In this document: piece by piece, positions 23,785 through 34,800 of the stretch | Layout of the letters: each line of letters starts with the position of its first letter | Position numbering within the stretch: the stretch's first letter is position 1 | NCBI GenBank assembly: GCA_032718475.1 | Contig: JAUCBJ010002165.1 | Coordinates: 1-39,262 of the forward strand | From: Nemertoderma westbladi | Taxonomy: Eukaryota > Animalia > Xenacoelomorpha | Direction: 5' to 3' | DNA: 39,262 nucleotides | Position numbers and translations under genes: made by a program | Notes under the pieces: model-generated | Seen by the model: only the letters and a program-made list of their open reading frames with translations | Told to the model about the DNA's origin: nothing | The model's database searches: none

Positions 23785-25502
23785 CAATTGATGGAAAGGA
23801 GCAAGTTAAGGCCGAGTTTTCTAACCAAAACAATAAACAGTCACTTTACCAAATCAGGGAAAGGAGCAGGTTACAGAGACGGGATTTTCTAACCAAAACA
23901 ATAAACGATCACTTAACTAATTGAGGGAAAGGAGCAGGTTACAGAGGCGGGATTTTCTAACCAAAACAATAAACGATCACTTAACTTATTGAGGGAAAGG
24001 AGCAGGTTACAGAGTCGGGATTTTCTAACCAAAACAATAAACGATCATTTAACTAATTGAGGGAAAGGGACAGGTTACAGAGGCGGAATTTTCTAACCAA
24101 AACAATAAACGATCACTTAACTAATTGAGGGAAAGGAGCAGGTTACAGAGGCGGGATTTTCTAACCAAAACAATAAACGGTCATTTAACTAATTGAGGGA
24201 AAGGGGCAGGTTACAGAGGCGGGCCTTTCTAACCAAAACAATAAACGGTCACTTTACCAATTCAGGGAAAGGAGCAGGTTACAGAGGCGGGATTTTCTAA
24301 CCAAAACAATAAACGATCATTTAACTAATTGAGGGAAAGGGGCAGGTTACAGAGGCGGGATTTTCTAACCAAAACAATAAACGATCATTTAACTAATTGA
24401 GGGAAAGGAGCAGGTTACAGAGACGGGATTTTCTAACCAAAACAATAAACGATAACATTACCAATTGAGAGAAAGGGGCAGGTTACAGAGGCGGGATTTT
24501 CTATCCAAAACAATAAACGATAACATTACCAATTGAGGGAAAGGAGCAGGTTACAGAGACGGGATTTTCTAACCAAAACAATAAACGATCACTTAACTTA
24601 TTGAGGGAAAGGAGCAGGTTACAGAGTCGGGATTTTCTAACCAAAACAATAAACGATCATTTAACTAATTGAGGGAAAGGAGCAGGTTACAGAGACGGGA
24701 TTTTCTAACCAAAACAATAAACGATAACATTACCAATTGAGAGAAAGGGGCAGGTTACAGAGGCGGGATTTTCTAACCAAAACAATAAACGATCATTTAA
24801 CTAATTGAGGGAAAGGAGCAGGTTACAGAGACGGGATTTTCTAACCAAAACAATAAACGATAACATTACCAATTGAGAGAAAGGGGCAGGTTACAGAGGC
24901 GGGATTTTCTATCCAAAACAATAAACGATAACATTACCAATTGAGGGAAAGGAGCAGGTTACAGAGACGGGATTTTCTAACCAAAACAATAAACGATCAC
25001 TTAACTTATTGAGGGAAAGGAGCAGGTTACAGAGTCGGGATTTTCTAACCAAAACAATAAACGATCATTTAACTAATTGAGGGAAAGGAGCAGGTTACAG
25101 AGACGGGATTTTCTAACCAAAACAATAAACGATAACATTACCAATTGCGAGAAAGGGGCAGGTTACAGAGGCGGGATTTTCTAACCAAAACAATAAACGA
25201 TCATTTAACTAATTGAGGGAAAGGAGCAGGTTACAGAGACGGGATTTTCTAACCAAAACAATAAACGATAACATTACCAATTGAGAGAAAGGGGCAGGTT
25301 ACAGAGGCGGGATTTTCTATCCAAAACAATAAACGATAACATTACCAATTGAGGGAAAGGAGCAGGTTACAGAGGCGGGATTTTCTAACCAAAACAATAA
25401 ACGATCACTTAACTAATTGATGGAAAGGAGCAGGTTAAGGCCGGATTTTCTAACCAAAACAATAAACAGTCACTTTACCAAATCAGGGAAAGGAGCAGGT
25501 TA
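23785..25502. repeat. Satellite array, 68-bp unit, ~25 copies
   Basis: Unit GGGAAAGGAGCAGGTTACAGAGGCGGGATTTTCTAACCAAAACAATAAACGATCAYTTAACTAATTGA, with recurring variants. Confidence 0.96.
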
Positions 25503-26521
25503 TCCGTAACACTACTCAGACAGTAGTCATGATCCATTATTGATTATAAAACTAATACAGTAATAGGCCTAAATTATGTGAAAGGTATATCCACATTTTC
25601 CACAATCCTGCAATCCAGTTTGGCCTATCAATTATTTAAAATTTATTAGCACAACCGGTAGTCCTACCATTACCGTATTTAAATGGTAGGCTACACAGTA
25701 GGCCTATAGCAGTACCGGTACCGGTACTAAAATACAGAAATACCTGCTTTATACCTACATCTGTACATACAATACAGCAAAATAGTGCTATATATACTAA
25801 TACCGGTACTGATAGCCTGAGAGAACAGCAGTAGAGAAACCGGTAGCATGGAACCTAACATTAGACTTTTGGAGGACATAAAAAATCAAAAAAAAAAGGA
25901 CAAAAAAAGGATTTAAACGGACAATAAAAATTATTGCGTTTTTTGACAGACGGACAGACGGACTGACCAGACATTTTATTACCAGTCTGCCAGTACCGGC
26001 AGGCCTTTATATTCCATTAGGCCTATACTTACTGCCCTACAGCCCTACCAAAAACCAAAATAACCAATTAAAATTTGAAATTGCCGCTTAATTTTGTTAT
26101 GAGGAAGAGTACTGAACATGTAATGGGTGTGTCAGCTATCAGACTGACATGACGTTGTGTAGGTGGCAAGGACAACACAAGCGGGTCATTACCGAACACT
26201 TTGAAATGGCAGAATGGCTGCGGGGCGGGAAATTCGAATATTTGCCGGTTAAGTATAGCAGTGTGCGGTGTGCGGTATTACTGTATTATGCCTAGGACTA
26301 TCTGCTATCTCTGTATCTAGCTATCTGCTTGATATCTGGATACAGGGATATGTCCAGATGTCGTAAATATTACTGTCAGACTGTAGGCCTACCGATGTTA
26401 TTGATCAGTTGATACAAGTGATATATGGAGTATGGACGATTATTATTGCACATTGTGTAATATAAATATTACTGTCAGACTGTAGGCCTACCGATGTTAT
26501 TGATACAGTGATATATGGAGT

Positions 26522-27461
26522 ATGGACGATTATTATTGCGCATTGTGTAATAGAAGCTTTTCCCGACAATCGAACTTTAATGCCCACCAACGTAATGTTC
26601 ACAACGCGTATATAGAAGCCAAAGTAGGAAGAAGAAGGTCGGATGGTGCCAATACGAGTACCGGTACCGCTACTACATACTACAGTTCGTACGCCTATTA
26701 TCTGCACCATTTGTGGATCGAGTTTTACAAGAAATTCTACGTTATACGCACATGGAAGAACGGTGCACAATATGATAAATAAGTTTTCGCGTGGGCGGAA
26801 ACAAAAGAGCGAATCATCCAAAATCGCTCAAGCTGATCAGGGCTCTTTACGTAATTTAATACATTGTCCTGCGAAAGGGAGTTGCAACTTCCACTGCAAA
26901 CGAAGAAATGATCTTATACAGCATTTTGCCGATGAACATGAAAGCGAGTTGCTTGAAGAGCGGAAATTAAGTTTTCAGTCAAAATCGGAGTTTTACACTT
27001 GGAAACAAGAGGAAGAATCGTCTACCCAACAGAGGTACAATTCTAATACCGGGCCCAGAAAGATAGTTAGCGAGGAAACTGTTGTGAGATACTTTACCTG
27101 CCTTAGAAGTGGAAACTACAAACCCCAAAATACTAAGAAAGAATCGAATGTTCAAGGATCATGTAAAATTAATAGTTTTTGTCCCGGGGCAATTACTGCA
27201 CGCTTTCATAATTCAGGTTCGTTATTATTTATGGGGAAGTTAGAAACCATTAATGACCAGGAAACACTCCTTTCTGTTGAGGAGAAAGCCAAATCCTTGC
27301 TGCCATTTGTGACGGCTCTAAGATCAAAGCCAAAACTACCCGTAATTCCTCTCAGTAAATCTCCTGTAAATAAGAAATCAGTTTTGCAGCGGCGTCTGTT
27401 TTCAACAAAGAAGCGAAGAGCAATTAAATCCACCCGTTTATTAAAGCCAGACATGCGCTGA
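26522..27461 (+). pseudogene. MULE transposase remnant: C2H2 fingers and N-terminal DNA-binding region joined to the C-terminal tail; no DDE core seen
   Basis: CALC..H..H (26522 frame); CTIC..H..H and CPAKGSC..H..H; FYTWKQEEE, YFTCLRSG and QGSCKINSFCPGAI, then PVNKKSVLQRRLFSTKKRR (26643 frame). A frame change (frameshift or small intron) lies between the two ORFs. Confidence 0.72.
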
Positions 27462-27871
27462 GCAATGGTTGATTAAACAATGCTTAGAGAATAAACAGCC
27501 AACCACTAATACATCGCGTTGCTCTCATCTATCTGACCATGGATATAATGAGCCTATCGCAAGCGAAACAAATTGTGACCATTTATATTTAATATAGAAA
27601 ATGGATTGAATGGGTTGGATAGAAAAATTAGTTTTTAGTAGTATACCAGCCCTTAATATTCTTTGCTGGAATTAATAAATAATTAACTAAAGACCGTGCA
27701 AGCCCTTGTAAGAAGACATTCCGAGTTTCCAATTAATTATAATATAACAATTATTTATTCAGTTACATTTTTTTTGGCGTATTTCATTCAAATATATAGT
27801 AAAATGGTATATTAAAATCTTAATTAAAAATAACAAACATATAAAATAACTAAACTAAACTACTAAGTATC

Positions 27872-27903
<32 letters not shown>

Positions 27904-27984
27904 GGGACCGTGGACCACCTCGTAGAGTCCCTCGTTATTGCTGAACATACAGATTGGTAGTTAATTAGCAAAATTTATTGAACA

Positions 27985-28053
27985 TCAAGGGGGCCCCAGG
28001 GGTTGAGGGCCTCGGTAGGGGAGCCACGGGCCAATAAAGGTTGAGAACCACTG
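27985..28053. mobile_element. hAT-Charlie-type MITE end nested in the MULE
   Basis: AAAGGTTGAGAACCACTG (reverse complement CAGTGGTTCTCAACCTTT) followed by CTCTAAAA, a Charlie-like target. The other TIR was not found. Confidence 0.55.
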
Positions 28054-28127
28054 CTCTAAAATATAAATCGGTTTTATCAACATAGCATCGGCTTGTAAAT
28101 GATTAACGAGAAGTAGCAAAAAATCTT

Positions 28128-28197
28128 AGTCCATCCAAGGGCTTGAACTCGTAAATTTAATGATAAACTACAAACGGATTGTCCACTAGACCATCAG
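28128..28197 (-). mobile_element. Degenerate tRNA-derived SINE head or tRNA pseudogene
   Basis: Minus strand has A box TGGTCTAGTGG and B box GAGTTCAAGCCC at Pol III-compatible spacing; no convincing cloverleaf. Confidence 0.45.
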
Positions 28198-29259
28198 ACA
28201 TTTAGAAGAATGCTTGTATATCGAGGGATAACAGTGTATCGGATTTTAAGTTATAACAGCTAGCTCGGCTAACCTTACAGGCTAGGCCCACAGTCTGACA
28301 GTAATATTTACGACTTCTGGACATATCCCTGTATCCAGATATCATGCAGATAGCTAGATAGCAGATAGCAGGATAGTCCTAGGCATAATACAGTAATACC
28401 GCACACTGCTATACTTAACCGGCAAATATTCGAATTTCCCGCCCCGCAGCCATTCTGCCATTTCAAAGTGTTCGATAATGACCCGCTTGTAGGACTACTA
28501 TCAGGCCTCCCAGAGTTTCCTGTTTTCCTTTTTTTTCCTTTTTTTTTTTAGAACGTTTGTTCTAGAACATATTTTTTTTAAAAATGAGGAGCTAACATGT
28601 TCTGGAACATTTTCTATACAAATAGTAATAAAAACTAGCTACTAAAAAATATTTATAGAAGGAAGTAGGATGTCGGAACCAGTGTTGAAATTACTAGCTA
28701 AACCTATCTAAAACACTAGCTACCATATAATTTTGTATCTTACTTAATGAGGAGACTTCAATTACGTCCATTGACCAAATTACAGCAAATGAAAAATCAT
28801 AGAACTCTCCCCATATCAAAATCTCAAAATATTGTTAAAAAAAACTGGCCTCTTTTTAAGAGGCCAGTTCAAGTGACCTGTTCGGCCGTATAAATATAGT
28901 AGGCCATGATAAAGTACTAAAACTAAACTGTGGGCAATCGATTATAGTTACATATTTACCCGTCAAATTTTTAGAAATGTTCTAGCTAGCTCTACTGTAT
29001 AACTATGTGACCAGTTTTCCAAAACCTAGTCCGCCAAAATCAAACTCAGTATACTTTGACTTGTAATGCAGTCCTTCATTATTGACATGTTCAGTTCACC
29101 ATCACACTTTAACTAACTAATTCCAAAAACCAATTATATTTCTTAGAAATATTCGCCAAAGTCGTTGAATCAATTCATTGACTCTGTCTATGGGAACTCC
29201 TTTGGGTTGAGCCAATGGACGTGGGATGCCCATAGTGGCATTGCGCTTCAATAAGTTGA

Positions 29260-29480
29260 CTCCCCACAGCCACATATCCTCCCCACAGCCACATATCCTC
29301 TCCACAAAGCCATATCCTCCCCACAGCCACATATCCTCCCCACAGCCACATATCCTCCCCACAAAGCCATATATCCTCCCCACAGCCACATATCCTGCCC
29401 ACAGCCACATATCCTCCCCACAGCCACATATCTACCCCACTCAGCCACATATCCTCCCCACACAGCCACATGCCCTCCCC
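29260..29480. repeat. C-rich minisatellite, ~20-bp unit CCCCACAGCCACATATCCT(C), ~11 copies
   Basis: Directly visible; it explains the four overlapping low-complexity ORFs here. Confidence 0.9.
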
Positions 29481-30949
29481 AGTCCACCGCACCTGATCTA
29501 AAACACCACCACCGATATCCTCATCCAAGTTGAAGCCGTAAAACGTGTCTTCCAGTTCCATTGGCTTTGTATATTCCTAATCGACTGAATTGAGATTCTA
29601 TAGTCAGTAATAGTCAGTATAAAATCTTTCCTAGGGTATTTTGCCTACATGTAAATGCGAACAAACTGAAATTCCCGCCAATATCTACGCATAAGTAATA
29701 GGAAACAACACAGTCCCGCGCATTCCTTTGATCAAACATTGATCAAACTTTGATCAAAAGTTGATCAAATATTGAAATGTACCAGGCTTATAAATCCTGC
29801 CATTGAGTTTTTTCAACCAAAGGCGCTGCACTTCAAAGTTTAGATTCCCACTGAGCCGTGTGTCAATCAAGCAGCCCCCTCTCTCTCTCTCTCCCTGTGT
29901 GTGTAATGCCCCATGTGCGCTGTAGGATGTCTGCAGAGCACACAGGACACCACGTCACGTCCATATTATACCATAGGTCTGTAAGCTGTAACCGTTATTT
30001 ATACCTGACCGCCTAGGTTATAATAATTCACCGCGATTATCAGAAAATACACAGCCACAATTTATTGAATCTCCACTTGGCGGTAATAAAAGCAAGGGCG
30101 GGCGGGTATGGGCTGAGTGGAGTTTATTTTGAGTTACGCAATGGGTTGGGTGGTGTCTACCTCCTACAACACATTATAATGGGGGGGGGGGGGGGGGGGG
30201 TGGGGGTGGGTGTGCGTGCAGGTACGCAGCTTGTACAATGGTATAGTAATCGTCCACAACAAGAGAGGGGATGGGATAACTGTGGTAATATTGAATGTCT
30301 TGTCTTTACAACGACCTGTAGGCAAGTGTGGTTTGTCGGCCGGAAGGTTAAAACCCTCCATTAATTAAAAATGAATGAGCAGAATGTATAAGATTTTCTA
30401 ATGAAAAACACCCTACCGTTAAATGTAAGGTAAACTGAATAAAAGTGTTACTAAGGCAAAATATCCCATGTACCATATGTTAGAAATAGGGCAGGGTGTT
30501 TTGCCTTTAAATTAATGTACAGTAGGATGTATACCCAATATCTAATGTGTCTGATACCTTTATGCAGGGTGGTTATGTAGTACTGTACTGTACTTGAGTG
30601 AGAGGTATTGGAAGGAGTGTAGTAATCAGTCAGCCTATACTGTCTGACTGTACCGAAACCGAATTTAGTAATTTATTATTTATATTTATTTATTTTAATA
30701 ATGTTTCCACAAGAATCTATTTGACCAACATCTAACATGCCCCAATGTGTCAAATGCGGCGCGCCTAAAACGTCACTGCCTAAAAGCGGGCAGTTTAAAG
30801 ATACGTGTGAAAGATGCCGTAACAGCGGAAGTACATCGAAACAGAAGTGCTGAAGGAACACCAACAATCACGAGTGACAATAACTTCGAATATCACGATG
30901 GGAACGATAGAACTCCGCGCGAATCACGTCTGTCGCTTGCGGTAGCATT

Positions 30950-31612
30950 TGAAACAGAGGAGCATTTCCTACTAGAATGTCAAAACTACTCGGACAGCAG
31001 ATACAATTTTATAGGCGCAGAAACACCAGCCTTATATAATTTATTTGAAAGACCGGGTGTACCAACCTTTATTAACAAACTAATAAAAGAGCGCAAACTT
31101 AAAAAAATTATTGTCTCTTAATCGAACTGTCTATTTGTTTATCTTACTTGTCCTGTAATATTTATTATTAAGGTCTACTTATCTATAGGGCAAGCTAACC
31201 TTATTCATATTTATTTATATATTTATAATTTACTATTTATAATATATTATAACATAATGTTATTTTGCTTCCATGTCTGCACGTCACATAACTTAAAATT
31301 CAATCAATTACTACCTCATACCTTTATAATTACAGCTAACGTATACATTTAACTTATTCTCGTAGATATAATTTCACCTCCGCCAATTGATATTCTCAAT
31401 TTACTGTAAAACTGTTCGTGCACATTATTTAATTATATCTTAATTACGTTATTTACCTTATATTCAATATTTATCTATCAACTACAGTATATTTAACTTT
31501 ATTTAACTTTATTTGCTTTTCGTAGGACTATTATCTCATATTGCTTGTGCTGTCATCAGTTTATTATTGCTACCTGTATAATATTAGTCAATAAATACAT
31601 ACATACATACAT
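30950..31612 (+). mobile_element. 3' end of a LINE (C-terminal Cys/His motif, AT-rich 3' UTR, simple-repeat tail)
   Basis: ETEEHFLLECQNYSDSR motif typical of LINE ORF2 C-termini; stop at 31121; AATAAA followed by (TACA)4 at 31590-31612. Confidence 0.7.
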
Positions 31613-31915
31613 GGACCTTCATTATATGTGTGCATAAACAACGCCACATATTACTATATGTTTAGTTCTATGTTTGTATGTGTAGTGCACTCAGCTAAGG
31701 TTTTTAGTAATATTAATTAATGGTGGTGGATTGTCTCACATATATGTCAAGCTATCTATGAGAAATACATTCAAAGCATTTTGTCCTAAATAATATAATA
31801 TTATTTTACTGATTTATGTTCAACCGAACAAAAACAGGGCTGAGGCACAAGCATAGGGTGTTTTAAACTCCCAAAATATGACTTTCTTTCTTGCATATAA
31901 ACCATGGTATTTCTT

Positions 31916-32663
31916 GGTTTCATTTGAAAGAGCGCCTTAAAATTAGGCCGGTGGGTACAATAAAAAAAATTTCAAAAATTTTGAGATAGGGCATTCTGCA
32001 TTAAGACGGCAGTATTGTTCCCCACTGGCAGACGGCCAAGTTCTGTAGGTAGGGTTGAGCACAATGGCAGCATATGATGGTATTGACAGATAGGAGGCCA
32101 TGAGGAAGTAAATTGCGGACATACAAGGTATCAGATTTTTTTAAACCGTTGTTACTTAGTTTTGCATTGCAAATTCAAATAGTTATCAAAAGAACAGTAC
32201 AGCACATACAAAATACAGCACGTAAAAACTAAATAATTACTCACCAAGCAACACAATTGCTATTTAAACTACCGGTATGTACTGCAACTGCTGTACTGTG
32301 TACTGCCTACCACTGCACTGCACTGCCATTCAGCCTGTTGGGTCCGTGTTTGCATTAGCCAGGAGAATGGACGCCTCCGCGATATTGCAGCGGACTGGGC
32401 GGCGAGAAGCTGATCTACAGCCACGCAGACAGAGTAGCGACGACCTCAGCAACGCAAAACTCAGTCGCCGGCGAACCCAGGTGATACTGTCGGAGTACCG
32501 GACCTCCCTTTTGTCCGCGATCTTGTGGGCCAGGCGAGTAACAAACTGCTATCAGATACCGACCGAACTGGTATCAGATAGTATTTCCAGGTCTATTTCA
32601 CAGGTCATTTACTGTAATAAGGTACAACATTATGTTGAATAGCGAGGTTCTAAGTGTCTAAGT
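31916..32663. repeat. ~750-bp direct repeat, copy 1 (copy 2 at 37584-38351)
   Basis: Both copies run from GGTTTCATTTGAAAGAGCGCC to GCGAGGTTCTAA..TCTAAGT, with few substitutions and small indels. Confidence 0.95.
32330..32548 (-). pseudogene. C-terminal fragment of a CRE-like (restriction-like endonuclease) non-LTR retrotransposon ORF
   Basis: FVTRLAHKIADKREVRYSDSITWVRRRLSFALLRSSLLCLRGCRS matches the RLA..(I/L)A.K...YS...W.R.RLSFALLRS...CLRG.R pattern ending CRE-clade ORFs; a CAGTG/CAGTA-rich tail follows. Confidence 0.7.
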
Positions 32664-32666
32664 GTT

Positions 32667-33230
32667 CTGTAACCTGCTCATTTACTAACCTGCATAATCT
32701 TGTGGTGACACCTGTTAACTATAGTTTATTGTTTTGTTTCTATCTACATTCTTCTGAAACCTGCTTCTTACTAACCTGCATAATCTTGTAACACATGTTA
32801 ACTAGGCCTATAGTTTATTATTTTGGTTCTATCTACATGCCTCTGTAATCTGCTCCTTTACTAACCTGCATAATCTTGTAGTAACACATGTTAACTATAG
32901 TTTATTGTTTTGGTTCTATCTACATGCTCTGTAACCTGCTCCTTTACTAACCTGCATAATTTTGTAGTAACACATGTTAACTAGAGTTTATTGTTTTGGT
33001 TCTATCTACATGCTCTGTAACCTGCTCCTTTATCAACCTGCATAATCTTGTAGTAACACATGTTAACTATAGTTTATTGTTTTGGTTCCATCTACATGCC
33101 TCTGTAACCTGTTCCTTTACTAACCTGCATAATCTTGTAGTAACAAATGTTAACTACAGTTTATTGTTTTGGTTCTATCTACATGCCTCTGTAACCTGCT
33201 CCTTTACTAACCTGCATTTTTTACTAACCT
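32667..33230. repeat. Minisatellite, 86-87-bp unit, ~6.5 copies
   Basis: Unit CTGTAACCTGCTCCTTTACTAACCTGCATAATCTTGTAGTAACACATGTTAACTATAGTTTATTGTTTTGGTTCTATCTACATGCCT. Confidence 0.93.
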
Positions 33231-33283
33231 AACATTTTGTTTACATTATTTGTTCTATTATACTTAATTTATAAATTTACAGG

Positions 33284-34234
33284 ATGGAAGCAGCTCTCAA
33301 GATAGTTTCACTGATGGAGATAATGTCTCCTGGATTCAAGCTGGGAATTGATGACAAGGAGATGCGTGGTCGGATACTTAGCGTAAAGAAGTGTGGGAAA
33401 GATAAGATGGCGTATATCACTAAGAAGGGGGGGTCCAAACGGAGCTTAGTTGAGACGCCATATGACCGGCTCTTATGTATTGGTGATATGAACAGCACGA
33501 TGACATGTTATATACTAACGCAAACACAGGGCCACTCCGAAGAGTCAACTGTGAAACTACTTACAAGTGACCTATACGTTGGAGCACGAGTATCAATTTC
33601 TGCCCCATATTTTAACTGTAAATACATGAGCAACGACTCCTCTAATCCCATTATTCATACAGGATCCCCTATTGAACTAACCCCTGGCCCAGCGTACGAA
33701 GTTCCCTACGTCCCCTACAACCAATACCCTGGCGATACTGACACTCATATGTTTAGTTACAAGGGTGTGAAAGTCAGTATCTCCGGGGTGTGTGTTGTAG
33801 GGGAGAGGTGTAGTGGGCTGCTTTGCGACAAACGTGCCAGTACTAAGGAGGCAGTATGTGCCTGTTATTATAAGACCAGGCGTTCTGCCAACTGGTGTGC
33901 TGGAATGTTTGTAAATCCAGAAATTCCAGGATTTCCGGAAGCCGAGGACCGGCTATTCTCGTTCCATCTTTCAAAACTTTTCATTAATCCTTCTCGGCTG
34001 GCTTTACCTCTGGGAAATTTCGGGGTTCTAGCCTTAAAGGATGCAGTGAAAGATATTTCAGAAAGGGTCAATAGAGAATGTGGTTGGTCGGTAGTGGGAT
34101 GGTTTAAGTGTGGTACCATCACACAGGCGGATGGCGAGACAACTATTTCACCAGAGGCTGAGGCGCATATATCCTATATATGGCCATCAGAGCCCAATAA
34201 AGTAAATGAGTTTATAGAAGAGAGGAAGATATAA
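33284..34234 (+). CDS. Uncharacterised 316-aa protein with putative Zn-binding C-x4-C-x10-C-x-C motif
   Basis: 951-bp uninterrupted non-repetitive ORF, higher GC than its flanks, preceded by acceptor-like aatttacag|GATGG; contains CSGLLCDKRASTKEAVCAC. Confidence 0.75.
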   Translation: MEAALKIVSLMEIMSPGFKLGIDDKEMRGRILSVKKCGKDKMAYITKKGGSKRSLVETPYDRLLCIGDMNSTMTCYILTQTQGHSEESTVKLLTSDLYVGARVSISAPYFNCKYMSNDSSNPIIHTGSPIELTPGPAYEVPYVPYNQYPGDTDTHMFSYKGVKVSISGVCVVGERCSGLLCDKRASTKEAVCACYYKTRRSANWCAGMFVNPEIPGFPEAEDRLFSFHLSKLFINPSRLALPLGNFGVLALKDAVKDISERVNRECGWSVVGWFKCGTITQADGETTISPEAEAHISYIWPSEPNKVNEFIEERKI

Positions 34235-34389
34235 GAGGATATATAAGATTTATTGTTTGTTTTTAAGTTTCGTTAAGTACTTTTACTAGTATACATACAT
34301 TAGCCCCTGTCCTATTTTATTAATTATATATATATATATATATATCAGGAAAAAATACTAAAAAATCAATACATTTTGTTAACCTCAAA

Positions 34390-34680
34390 AAATTATATAA
34401 AATATTTTGTAAGCCCAAAAAAAAAAATATAAAATACTTTCGAAAAAACAAAAAAAAATATAAAATATATTGTAAACCAAAAAAAGTAGAAAATGCGTGC
34501 CGAAATACAAAAAAAAAATATTAAATATTTTGTAAACCCAAAAAAATATAAAATGCGTTCCGAAACACAAAAAAAAATATAAAATATATTGTAAACCCAA
34601 AAAAAATAGAACATGCGTGAAGAAATACAAAAAACATATAAAATATTTTTTAAACCCATAAATATAACGAAAAGAGAAAA
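34390..34680. repeat. Degenerate A-rich tandem repeat, ~60-bp period, ~5 copies
   Basis: CGAAA-like anchors at ~34441, 34501, 34561 and 34621; (TA)n lies upstream at 34325-34345. Confidence 0.8.
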
Positions 34681-34700
34681 TAAATAGATTTAAAACATAC

Positions 34701-34800
34701 ATACAGCTGATGAGGACCAGAAGTCCGAAACTATCGTATCCAATAATACCCATACTGTGTTTTTAATTTATGGGTATTATTCGATAAAATAGTTCTGTAT
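34701..34800 (+). ncRNA. Type I hammerhead ribozyme with extended stem III
   Basis: Stem I ATACAG(34701-06)/CTGTAT(34795-800); core CTGATGA(34707-13); stem II GGAC-cagaa-GTCC; GAAA(34727-30); stem III ACTAT/ATAGT enclosing a perfect 13-bp helix AATAATACCCATA/TATGGGTATTATT; cleavage triplet GUU (34792-94). Confidence 0.85.

Larger units (their letters stand above)
26177..28490 (+). mobile_element. Internally deleted Mutator-like element (MULE) with ~210-bp TIRs
   Basis: TIRs 26177-26391 and 28283-28490 (ACAAGCGGGTCATTA... / ...TAATGACCCGCTTGT); flanks AGGACAAC (26169-76) and AGGACTAC (28491-98) form an 8-bp TSD with one mismatch; internal transposase remnant. Confidence 0.85.

Noticed and set aside
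27872-27906. G29 followed by TTAGGG as a telomere seed
   Set aside because: Single hexamer next to a homopolymer inside a transposon; no array.
29117-29501. Gly/Trp-rich and His/Pro-rich ORFs
   Set aside because: Translations of the ~20-bp minisatellite.
32277-32642. 121-aa and 124-aa (37955-38329) + strand ORFs in the 750-bp repeats
   Set aside because: Antisense shadows of the CRE-like fragment; recognisable motifs and synonymous changes are on the - strand.
34385-34753. Phe/Tyr/Ile-rich - strand ORFs resembling membrane proteins
   Set aside because: Translations of the A-rich ~60-bp repeat.
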